Shown piece after piece: positions 1 to 12,100 of a stretch of 64,000 nt of DNA (position 1 is the first letter of the stretch; each line of letters begins with the position of its first letter). The stretch spans positions 286,564,001 through 286,628,000 of the forward strand of contig OZ024743.1 in assembly GCA_964016885.1 (NCBI GenBank), written 5' to 3'. Position numbers and translations under genes: made by a program. Origin of the DNA: Eledone cirrhosa. Taxonomy: Eukaryota. The notes under the pieces are model-generated. The model was not told the DNA's origin, did not search any database, and saw nothing but the letters and a program-made list of their open reading frames with translations.

Positions 1-299
1 TCCTTAAGTAAAACATTCTTTTTCTCTATTTCTATGCCCCTGTATTCATTATGGTGTGTGTGTATGTGTATGAAGGTGATTTGGGATATTGGTCCTTTTG
101 ACTCCAAACATAGGCAATGGTATGACTCGGCAGCCCTTTCCAGGGATAGCATTGCTCACCTGCTAGCCAGGAGGGACCTAGAAAAGGTGGTCTAAACAAA
201 ACTTGCCTATATCTAAGTTGGCCAGCAACCTGTGGCTGGCAGCTGTTCACTTATGTGAGAAAAATACTTGTAATGTAAATGAAATGACTAATAAGACAA

Positions 300-1345
300 A
301 TAATGGACAGAATACATCTTCAATGATATCTTTGAAAATTGCATCCTGGAACGCATACATGCTATTAGATTTACCAGTCTCAAATCATCCTGAAACATTG
401 TTACCAGATGATAGCCAGCTAGAAGGACAGACTCAAGATACACCTTATTCTACAAAGGTCAGCCAGAAAATGAGCATTGTGAAGCCAGAATTGGTTTTGC
501 TTTAAGAACCTCCCTGGTGCAACATCTGACTGAGATGGTACTATGGATATATCCTGTGCCTTGAACGTTTCCCCCAACGATGCTTGTTCTCCATCCACAA
601 GATCTCACAGAGATTTCATACATCAGACACTGGTATGCTGCAGTGGGCATATCAGCCAAGCACTGAGGCAATGATCATGAAACTGACTCCGGTGGTCAGG
701 TTACAGAGTATGCCAAGAAGACAGCAGACTCCCAACAAAACATGTATTGTATGGAGAGTTGTTGCAAGATAAATGTTTGCAGTGCAAGCCACACAAGCAC
801 TTTAAAGACTGCATGAAAGATATCCCGAAGAAGGTCAACATCAACACCGAAACATGAGAAAATCTTGCAACAGACAGAGCCCGCTGGTGAAATCTGATTG
901 CTACCAATGTTAAGGAATTTGAAAAAAAAGCAGAGAGCCTATGCTGAAGTGAGAAGAACAGCTAAATATATGGGAGATGTTAGTGTGCTCACAAAAAGGG
1001 GTTCAAAAGTGACTCTTACTTGTGAGGGATGCAGGCACATATGTCAAAGGCTGTGCTGCTAAGCCATAGCAGACATGATACTCATGGAAATAACACCTTT
1101 GGGTATCCCATGCACCTTGATTTTACATGTGACATCTGTACCAAAATGTATCACTTTGCAGGTGGGCTTACACGGCACCACAAAGTATGCCGCATCAATC
1201 AAAATCAAATAAGTGGGAAACTTACCTGCATACTGTGTGGTATGACATGTAAGTCACTTCCTGGTTTGATGACATCAATGACAGCAACATTAATAACACG
1301 TTTTTATCACATATTTTTTTGTTCTGTTCTAAGAGATGGCCATAC
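300..1345 (+). mobile_element. Old, internally deleted RTE/BovB-like LINE with C-terminal C2H2-like zinc fingers
   Basis: Endonuclease start LKIASWN; RTE C-terminal remnants (KHFKDCMKD, ENLATDRARW); zinc-finger-like CDICTKMYHFAGGLTRHHKVC and CILCGMTC; many stops and frameshifts. Confidence 0.65.
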
Positions 1346-2724
1346 AAGTTAGCTTTCACTATAGGTGTGTAAATGGATGAGAACTGTTTCTCATTAGAAT
1401 AACACAAAACAACACTGATTAATTCACTCTGCCCACCTATTAATATAATCATTTTTTTGCCAAATAATGTGTTCCATTAAACAAAGATAGCTGGTATTAA
1501 CTTAATAAGCCAATTAAAATATATTGCTCAGTATTGTTATTGAGATTTGAACTAAAAAAATGCAGTCATAGAACTATAAACCTCTTCTAAAAAACATCTA
1601 CTCTAGCTTTCTCTCTTCTGAAGTTTAATTGTTAAGAACTTAATTTATATGAAATATAGATCAATAGAAGTTGATCAGCTTGTATTGATTATATTGTTAT
1701 AACTGCTACAGTGATATACACATTAACAAATAACTATGGGCTTAGAAGACAGTTTATAGAAACTAAACTATAAATAATAATATTTATATATATCTCCCTC
1801 CACTTCTTGTTTGAGAGAGAGATTTCATTTCAAGAGAGTAGACCACAAAACTTTAAATCACTATAAATCACCATAGCAAGGTTTTAATAACGAGTCACTC
1901 TGCTCTTATTACTCTTCTAGCTAGCAAGAAAAAAGAAAGACACCAATGACTAGGTATCAAATGATGATCAATGGGTTGGATAAGTCATTACATTAACCAC
2001 TTAGATAAGAAATACCAAAATTAACTTAAATATTTCCTTTTCTTTTCATTCGTTTTGTAGCTTTCAAAGACAATATTTTTTCCAAAATCACTTATTATCT
2101 CAGTACATGGAGATTTTTCCCTCTCTCTTATTTTGTCATTCCATTTTATAATATAATTCTGAACAGAATTCCATTTTATAATATAATTCTGACCATAAAG
2201 TTAACTATGATACTATTTTTTTTTCACTGTAATTATATTATAAGCCTATTCTGAAACCCTAACTCCAAAGCTAAAATTCAACTCTGACCTTGCTTTCATC
2301 TTCACTCTAAAATCTTATCTTATTTTGAGTACCCGTACACAACTTACTAAATTTGGATTATCATAACTATAACTGTTGCCACTATTATTATTATTATTAT
2401 CATATGGAAGTGAATTTATGGCAACATTGGTCAACTTGATGTAAGAAAATGCAATAACATCCCACAATTAGGTTTAAGCTCTAAAATGAAGATTGCATTA
2501 TTAAAATATAAAGTAGTTATCAAAAATCAATAATTAAATTTACATCATGTGATAGAGTCCATCACTTCTCAATGTTCTTTTAAAGATGTAGGCAGCAGCA
2601 TTATCATTTCTTTGTTCAATATTTGGTTATTTGAAGAATATAACATAACAAAATTTCATTGTAGTTCCTAATACTTCCAGTATTTCAGCAATTAGGCTTG
2701 CTTCCATTTTTATATAAAACAATT

Positions 2725-2775
2725 TTAAAGATCTGCTGGGTCCTCAGTAGGCACATAATACCGTGGACCATTTAC
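2725..2775 (-). CDS. GDAP2: GDAP2 terminal coding exon (VNGPRYYVPTEDPADL*)
   Basis: ttcaag acceptor, TAA stop at 2727-2725; resembles the GDAP2 C-terminus (NGPYY...PDL). Confidence 0.88.
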   Translation of the reverse strand, partial: VNGPRYYVPTEDPADL

Positions 2776-3067
2776 CTTGAATAAACAGGAAGAGTAGGTA
2801 ACATGTAGAATATACACACTAAAATAGGATTTATGTTCATGAAAATATTCAAGTATATTGGAATTTTATAACTATTTATGTAAATAGTACTGAGACAGAT
2901 AATACATTCTTCTAGGCACAAGCATAACTACTGTATAGTTAATAAATTTACTTCACAAGTACATGGTATCTTGAGTAAGTGACGTTTACTATAGCTATGG
3001 GCCAACCAATGTCTTGAGTAAAACTGGTCAATGACTATTGTATGAACCCCATTGAATCATCATCGTT

Positions 3068-3101
<34 letters not shown>

Positions 3102-6100
3102 TAGATATATAATATAATATACATATATATATAATTCCAAACTTAGAAGCAGGGACTAGAAAGAAAGGGTCTCAAAGTCAACCTGACAAAGACCTAAGGT
3201 CCTTGTAAGTAGACGAGAAAACAGAACCCAGATCCCTCAGGGGAATGGCCTTGCTCAGTATGTAGGAAAGGTGTAGGTAGGAATTCCATTCTCTGCTCCA
3301 AATACAAACAATGGGTACACAAGAGATGTAGCGGGATCTCAGGAAGCTTAACTAAGAATATAGGTTTCACATGCAGCAGCTGTGCTGGGACAGCAAGCAG
3401 CAAACAGCTACAGGAAACAAGTACCACCAAACTCTGGGAGGGCTCTGTAGAAACAGTAGATAGCTTCTGCTACCTAGGTGATCGAATTAGCAGCGGAGGT
3501 GGGTGTTCGGAAAGTAGAATAACTAGGGTAAGAATGGGATGGAAGAAGTTCTGGGAACTACTGCCACTGTTAGCTGCAAAAGGCTTTTCCCTCAAAATGA
3601 AAGGCAGACTGTATGATGCGTGTATACGAACAGCAATGTTACATTGTAGTGAGACCTGGGTGCTGTCTGTGGAAGACTTGTGTAGATTAGAAAAAAACGA
3701 AGCCTGAATGCTCGGATGGATGTGTAATAGTAATATACGCGAACGGCAAAGCAGAAATGAATTGAGAGAGAGACTGAGCATAAGAGGAATCAAATAATGT
3801 GTGCAGGAGAGGCGGCTGCATTGGTATGGACATGTGATGGGTATGAAGGATGACAGCTGCATAAAAAGGTGCAGAGCACTAGAAGTCGATGGAAACCACG
3901 GAGGGGGGAGACCCAAGAAGATCTGGGATGAGGTGATAAAAGCCAACCCAACCTTACCCAATTACACCTCTCAAAGGCGATGACACATGACCGTGACCTC
4001 TGGCGTCATGCAGTAATACAGAAGACCCGACCCCCCACGGGTAAAAGCTGAAGCTGAAGCATATAAACAATATGCTCCCACACCCTCCTACTGCAAAGTG
4101 GTCGTGGAGGTGCCATGGCAAAATAGAACCCAGCCCACACTGTAAAATGGACATGTAGGCGCCACGGAAAAAAAAGCACCCAGCACTCACTGTAAATGAG
4201 GTTGGTGTTAGGAAGGGCATCCAGCTGTAGAAATCAAGCCAGAATCAGTTCCCGTATGAGCAAGACAAGGCCAGCCAACCGGGCACTGCCCACAACAGGA
4301 CAACCCGTCTAACCCATGCTAGCGTGGAAGAACGGACGTAAAACAGTGATGATGATGATGATGATGATATCATCATTATCATCATTTTACGTCCACTTTT
4401 CCCTGCTTGCAAGGATGGGATGGGTCCTATTCAGTACAGCATCTCTCCATTCATCATGGTCCTTCGTCATCTCCTCTGTGAACTTCAGCAATCTGGGGTC
4501 AGCTCTCACCACCTCCGTCCATGATTTTCGTGGTCTTCCTTCCACTGGGATTTCTTGGCACTTCTTTACTCATTATCATCATTTAACGTCTATCTTCCAC
4601 GCTAGCATACGTTAGACAGGCTTGTCCCATTTGAGCAAGTTTGGTCGGGTGACCGTGTCTCACTCAAATAGAACTGTTTCTGGCTGGTTTTCTATGGCTG
4701 GATGCCCTTCCTAACACCAACCACATTTACAGTGTGCTGGGTGCTTTTTACCATGTCTCCTACATTACCACTTCACAGTGTGGGCTGGATGTTTTGTGGT
4801 ACCAACATAACTTTACAGAGTAAGGGTTACGTGGGCGGAAGTGGGAGGGAGGTTTAGGGGGTGGAGTGTGTATATTGGATTAAGGTGCCTACAAGGCGGG
4901 TCTTCTGTATTATTGCATAGTGCTAAAGATCTCGATCCTGTGTCATTGTCTTAGAGTGGTTCAAGTGTGCAAGGTCAGCTTTTATCACCTCGTCTCAGGT
5001 CTTTCTGGGTCTACCTAGTCCATCATAGCTTCCATCAATTTTGATCGCCCTGCACTTTTTTATACAGCTGTTGTCCTTCATACGCATCACATGACCATAC
5101 CAATGCAATCTCCTCTCTCGTAAACCGCATCTGATCCCTCTCAGGCCTAATTTCTCACTTAGTTCGTTTATGCTTTGCTGTTTGTGTATATTACTATTAC
5201 ACTACCATGTAACATGCCTGTTTGGATACAAGCATCATACAATCTGCCTTTTATTTTATATATATATATATATATCAACTGTAGATGGAATAAAACTCCT
5301 TCACTGATCATATAAAATTAGAGTTTTATTCCATCTACGATTTCAAAAATTTACTTATTTTTATCCACAATTTTCTTTACAGCAAACAAATAAAATATGT
5401 TTTTACCTTTACGTCATATTCAAATATCCATTGAGGTAAGTCTAGCTGATCTGTATTCATTTTAGCATATAAGTAATCAGTACCTTGCAAGTGACAGATT
5501 TTATTTTTTATCTCTGGAGCTGTAAATGTTGTGAAGAACCATGTTGAAATCTATGAAAATGTCAAATGAATAAATAAATTAAAATAAAGATTTTCATATA
5601 AAAAAACAAATTGTTTTCTCTTTTCATATACAAGGGTAGACCAAAAAGTTCATAAGCTGACTATGAAGGAGTGATGCTAGAGCTGTTAAATCTTACATAC
5701 ATTAATTTCAACTCTTCTTATTAATAACTGCATTGTTTCTTTCCAGGAACTATGTTGAAAAATAAACCTCATTTGGTCATTCCATGAGAGTATCTTGGTT
5801 AGCCTATGAACTTTTCAGCCAACCCTCATACTACACTATTGTTTTTATATCTGACTTGATAAAATCTTTAAAAAGTTATTCCTCATCATCATTAAACATT
5901 TTTCTTTTATCTCATGTCTTTCGTTACCAAGAATTTTGTGAGTTAGTTCACATCATATTTTAACTGTCTCCAATGTTTATTTTTATAAAATTCTTCCATG
6001 TTTCTCTAAATATTTTGTAATCTAAAATAATATTTTGTGTTTTTTTAGTAGTCTGATTCCATCTGTTTTCCTTATTTTGTTAGGAAAGTCTCGGCATATT

Positions 6101-9100
6101 GCATATGCACAATTGATCAATCTTTAGTTGGTCCAGCAAACAGTTGTGAAATTCAAATCACTGGAGGGAGAGAGGAATCTTTCTTATGGGGAGACAGTTT
6201 CCTTTTTACAAGAGGGATTTTTCTTTGTTAGAGAAGGGTTTCTCTTCACATGAAATGTGCTCTACCTCACTTGACAATGTCTTTTCTTCATTGGAGAAGG
6301 CCCATTCCTCATACTTTCTAATTGTCTGTTGGATGTGCTTCTTTTGTGTCTTTTTTCACTTTTCACTTTTGTACAGAAATCTGCTGGTAGCTCTCTTCCA
6401 ACATTTTGTCCCTATCTTCACCAAGGAATGGGGGTGTACTTGCTGAGAGAGGAAGGCTTCAGTGTTGTCTGTTGTTGTTGTAGGTTATATTCTCTTTTTA
6501 TTTCTTCCTTCTTGTCACTACTTTTATGATTTCTTGGAGATAATGAACAAGGCAGTTCTCTCTTGCATTTCCAGAGTTGCATCCAGTGCCATCATATGAA
6601 AAACAAACTCCAAGTTTTGTTATTTTTCACTTTTTAAACATGTATTGGCACCCACTATAGAATAAAATTCTGGTATAGTTTTGTGCTCATGTTGGTTCGT
6701 GAGGATTTGTATAGCTATGGTGACAACATATCGAAAGTTATGTTGGCACTGACCACCTGCCCATACTCTACCATAAGTGTGACTACTGGTCAGGAATCAA
6801 CATTATCACAGATGTCCTTGTTGTTGACCCCTACATTTCTCCATATTGCAGGACTGGTTTATAAGTAGCGGTATCATGTACTATATGGGTTTATGCTTTC
6901 ACTCGAGTCAGTTTTGGGAAGGACATCTATTATCCCATATCTTCCACTTTTTCCTATGAAAGCTATTTCTTTCAGTCATATAACTTTTCCAGTCCCAGTA
7001 TACCATGTGCATTCGGTTTAGAATAGGTACACTATATTCCTGCGTGCAGCAAGAAAAAGCCATGCCAGCCGGTATGGAAAGGTCAATGTAAAATCAAAGA
7101 TATCTGTAAAAGCAGTATGAAACTGGTATTTTGTCAGAATGAAGAAAGCTTTCATGTATGCTTTATGACAAATTAATTTTATTTTTTATTCTTTTTGTTG
7201 CAAATAATTGTCTATTGAAAGTCCTTTTTTCTCTCTTTGTGTAATTAATGTATGTTCTTGAGGGACATATTTCATTGTGAAAGTCATCATTCTTTATAAG
7301 AGATGGCACAAAATGTCAAAAAGAAAAAAAAAATTTTCAATGTTTACTTTGATAAGAAACAAACTCCACTGGTTCAGAATATCCTTTCTCAACAAAGTAC
7401 TCCAAAATTTGGATTTAAAAAAAAAAGACTCATTCATTCATACTTGTTAATTCAGAAGTTTACAGAGCTCAAAAAGAAACACGTCTTGCTACTCTGATCA
7501 TCATCACCACTATCATTTAATGTCTATTTGTTGGACAGGTGGACAGGTCTTTACAGACCCTGTCAGTACTCAAGCAGGGTTACTGATATATCAGATGGGT
7601 TGGGAATCAATATAATAATCTCTAACATAGACACACGGCCAGAAATTTGGAGGAATGGGAACAATCAATTACATTGATATCAGTACTTGACTGGTACTTT
7701 ATTTTATCACCCCTGGAAAGATGGAAGGCAAAGTTAACCTCAGTGGGATTTGAACTTATAGAAAATTTAATGAATGTAAAACAGCTTTAACCTAGTTCTA
7801 TGATACAAATCTATTTGTTTTAAAAAGTTTATCATCATCCCTATTTATCTTCTATATTTGCATGTTATAAGTCTAGTCAAGTCAAGTGACCACGTCTAGC
7901 TCATACAGATCTGGTTTTGGCTTTGTTTTCTACAGCTAGATGCCCTGCCTAATGCCAACCACATTACAGAACATACTGGGAGCTTTTCTTGTGGCACAAC
8001 CACTATCACCTTACAAGGTAGAGTGTGGGCTTTTGTGTTGTAGCACCAGATGACCACCTTACAAGGTGACTGGGTGCTTTTTGTCATGGCACCAGTATGA
8101 CCATCTTACAAGGTGGTCTGAGTGCTTCCTTGTCATGGCACCTTTCATGGTTGACTGAGTGAGTCCTTGTCATGACACCAGAACAGTATATATTTATCTA
8201 ATATCTTCCATCATAATTTTATGTAAGAACCTTTGTTAATTTTGTTCCAAACACTAGCATGATATTGAGAAGTTTGTTATATTACTAAATCCTTCCAAAT
8301 TTTTGATTATTTTCAAAATGATCTGAAACCCAAAGGCAGTTTATTTCATTAGAAATATATTAACAAAAGTGTTAATATAACAGCATTACTTACCTTAAAC
8401 CATAAGTTGGAGTGGATTATATAAAAGGCTACTAGGTTTTTCTTATATCTATAACAATGGTAAAAAAAAATATTATATAATTTTTGGCATATAAACAATA
8501 TAGAAAAGTAGTCAAAATTAAAATGTTCTTGTTAAGCTATTAAAAAGATGATGGGTTATATACAATTACTAATAGGGTAGTGAGTATTTGCAAAGACAAC
8601 TTAACTGTTGTTAGCCTATTGTATTTTGCATCAACACTAAATAATTAACAAATGTCAAGGACATGACAGTCTCCTTGGTGATCTACACGATAAATACACT
8701 CAGTACATGCTATAAAGTGGTTGGTGATAGGAAGGGCATCCAGCCGTAGAAAGCTTGCCAAATAAAGGGTTGGGAGGACTCTTTAGTTGTGTCAAGGACA
8801 TGACTGCCTCTCCTGTGCACTCAGTAGAACATGAGACTGTACATAAGCGAGACAACAGATCCCTGGCTTGTGAGGAAGATCAGTAGCCACCACTTCAGTA
8901 CTGACTTGGTCTATGTAGACCTGACCAACCCTTGCTAACAGGGAAAGTCGACGTTAAAACTATGATGATGATGTTCTCTTTTTTTTCCTACCTGACTGAT
9001 AGACTTAATATCAATATATACTATACTCAATATATACTATTGTATTTTTGCAGTAAAGGCTTTATCTTACACAATATCTCACATAATATTGAATCTATGA

Positions 9101-12100
9101 GATTTTGATATTTATTTTGAGAACAATACCTTAACATCAGTATGAGTGGCCAGTTACAGCCGGTTTGAACTGAAAGAGGTGGGAATTCTGGCCGGATATG
9201 GCCGGTTTAAATGTTAAAGGGTTAAGCTGATATAAGTTAATGAGACAGACACAACCAATAATAATAGTTTTCAGAAATCATAATCATGTAACTTCTGCAA
9301 TTATGACAACCTTAAAACAGAAATACTGATGATTTAGTGGTACTCTATCAGAGATTTTACTAAGTATTATGAATCAGTTTCAAATATGATAAACAAGAAA
9401 AAACTTAAAATCAGAAGAAAATTATACGTGAGGAAAATAAATGATAGAAAAAGAATGATTTCTTTCTTCCATCAATTTTCCATTAAAATGAATGGTGTTT
9501 TCTAACATTTCTATAAGCCATGCAATCATATGACATCATGATGCTGTTTTTCTGTATTCATTCATATACATTTTTCTCCTTCAAACAGCTAATATAGTAT
9601 CCTTATTCTTAATTATTGCTTTATACTATGTACCAAAAACAGTCAGATAATTGATGCAATAATATAAAAATAAAGCACTAAAATTGTTGTTTAGCAAGAT
9701 TTTCACAAATTTAGAGACAAATAAAGATTGGAAGTTGTGCTATTATGTCTTCCTAATTAAATTGGCAATGTAAGTGAAACAGAACTGGGAGTTTTTTATC
9801 TTTCTACTGGGCCAACATCCCTATGAATATATTTTCTGAATATTAAAAAGATATGTTGGTATTAATTTTCTATAGGTTTACTCCACAAGAATGCTTGTTA
9901 TTCCTGGAAGAGTTGTGTGATTTTCTAATAGCATTTTTTCTTAGTTAGCCAGTGAAGAGGAGTACTAGCCCAAACCTTTGCAAGCCCCTGCTGATGATGT
10001 TGATGCTTAGTTTCAGCTTCTGCAGGTCGATGTTTGACATAAAAATGAAGACAAACAGGGAGTTACAGATGGTTTCAATTCTGAGTGAAGTTTTTAGTAC
10101 AAGGTTTGTGAAACAACAGGATAACATACAAATGAATTAAGAGGCATACAGTTGGAAAATTCAAAAGAGCAGAGGTTACTGTAGTTGTGGTAGATGATGT
10201 GAAGAAAGTACACAGCTACTCAACAGCAACAAAAATATTAGGCTGTATAACTATTAACCAAACTATACTGCACTGGAACAAATCCTTATTTTGCTGACAT
10301 CATATTTAATAGAGCAAGGCTTCAGTGCACACTGAAAATAACTGAACAGAGCTAAATGATGATATTGATGACAGAGATATAACATTTCTATTTAGTGTCT
10401 TCTTGCCTGACATTGAGAAGGTGATATCCTTGCACCAAGTATATCTGATCCATTCAAACTCTCAAGACAATGTACTTAGAAGTGAGATGTCATTTTAACC
10501 TTTGATATTGCTAAATAAATTGGTTTATTATGTTAAGTTTTATTTCAACATTACCATTTAACCCTTTAGCATCTGCATTACTCTATATTTACTATTGTAT
10601 TTTCGTGGTAAAAGCTTTACCTCACATAATTATTTCCCATAATATTTTTCAGAAATCATAATCATGTAACTTCTGCAATTATGACAATGTTAAAACATTA
10701 ATATTGATATTATTTATTTTGAGAACAATACCATAACATCAGTATGAGTGGCTAGTTATGGTTGGTTTGAACAGAAAGAGGTGAGAGAATTCTGGTCGGA
10801 TATGGCTGGTTTGATTGCTAAAGGGTTAACGTCTGCTTTTCCAAGTTGGCATAGATTGGATGGGACTTAAGTGACCAAGTCAGTAATTAAAAAGAGTTAC
10901 TGTCCTACTAGGGATAGCATCATGTAATGAATGAATCAAAAAGTCACTGGAAGGCATACCAATAATAAGGAACTTACTTATCATGTAGAACATTGTAGGC
11001 ATATTTTAGGAAGGCTGTAGGGGCTAAATTGTCAGCTGTTGTGAGAGTATGCAGGTAGACCACAGAATATCTGGTGTTAGCAATAGAGTCCATGACTTGT
11101 ACAACATGTTGCAAAACCTGTACAAAAGAAATAAAAATGTAAACAATAGATTAAAAATTTGTTTTAAGTTTTCATATTGTCTATAAAAAAACATATATTT
11201 AGTTTTAATTTGAAAATCAAAACAAATTCTAAATCAGAATTAAATTTGAAACATTTATCTCTTCTGATAAAATTACTTCTAATACAAATTGATGAAATTT
11301 AATGTTTTAAGAAATGGCTATTATCTCTTAATATATTATAGAATTATATCATTTGATGTTTAGTACATCAGCACTGGGAGATGGCTTAACAAGTGAGCAG
11401 TAAAGAATGCTTTTGTGAAATGCTATCTAGATTTTGGTAATCCTTCATTATTGATGCGCTGAAAATGAAAGCAAATTAACAATGACTGTTATTACACTAT
11501 TTTAATTTAGTTTAATATTCAGATTGATGAACCGATATTAGTATTTTAGTTTCACTTTCTATCTCTCTGCTCAACTATTTCTTTCTTAACCATTCACTAA
11601 ATTTTAATAATGCAGTGAATACTGAGATTCACACACAAAAGAACATGGTCAACTGTGAAATGCAAATAGTTGCTCAACCAGTCAATGTAGCATACTGTCT
11701 TTAAAAGGACCTTATATTTTCAGCCCTAAAATAAATACTCACCTGCCTCCAAAGTGTTTTTTTTTATTGTTCAACTTATGCCATTTTGCTTGAAAAAAGA
11801 AATCGACATGCAAATTTCATACCAAAATACAAGGAAGAAATTAGAATATTGTAAAATAAATCAACTTTTATTATCTATAATAGAGTAATTGTTATGAAAA
11901 ATAGAAAAGGGTGTTTACTTTTTCCAAATCAATATGATTTACAGGAAGATTCTTGCCAATGAAAACTAGAACTGGTCTTCCATAACGATCAACACCAGTC
12001 TGATAAAAACACCGCAGGTGAGCAATATTGTCGGTGTTTTCTTCCTTAGCTTGTTGTAAGAATTTTTCATATCTAAAACAACGAAAAGAGCGTTGTTAGT

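Noticed and set aside
1029-1352. C2H2 zinc-finger host gene
   Set aside because: Contiguous with decayed RTE C-terminal sequence, the fingers are degenerate and there is no exon structure.
2138-2192. 25-bp direct repeat downstream of the GDAP2 stop
   Set aside because: A simple local slippage duplication with no evidence of function.
7960-8185. Regularly spaced ~42-bp repeats (also 29550-29660 and 60700-60900) resembling a CRISPR array
   Set aside because: They are internal subrepeats of the RTE/SINE 3' module, with no spacers.
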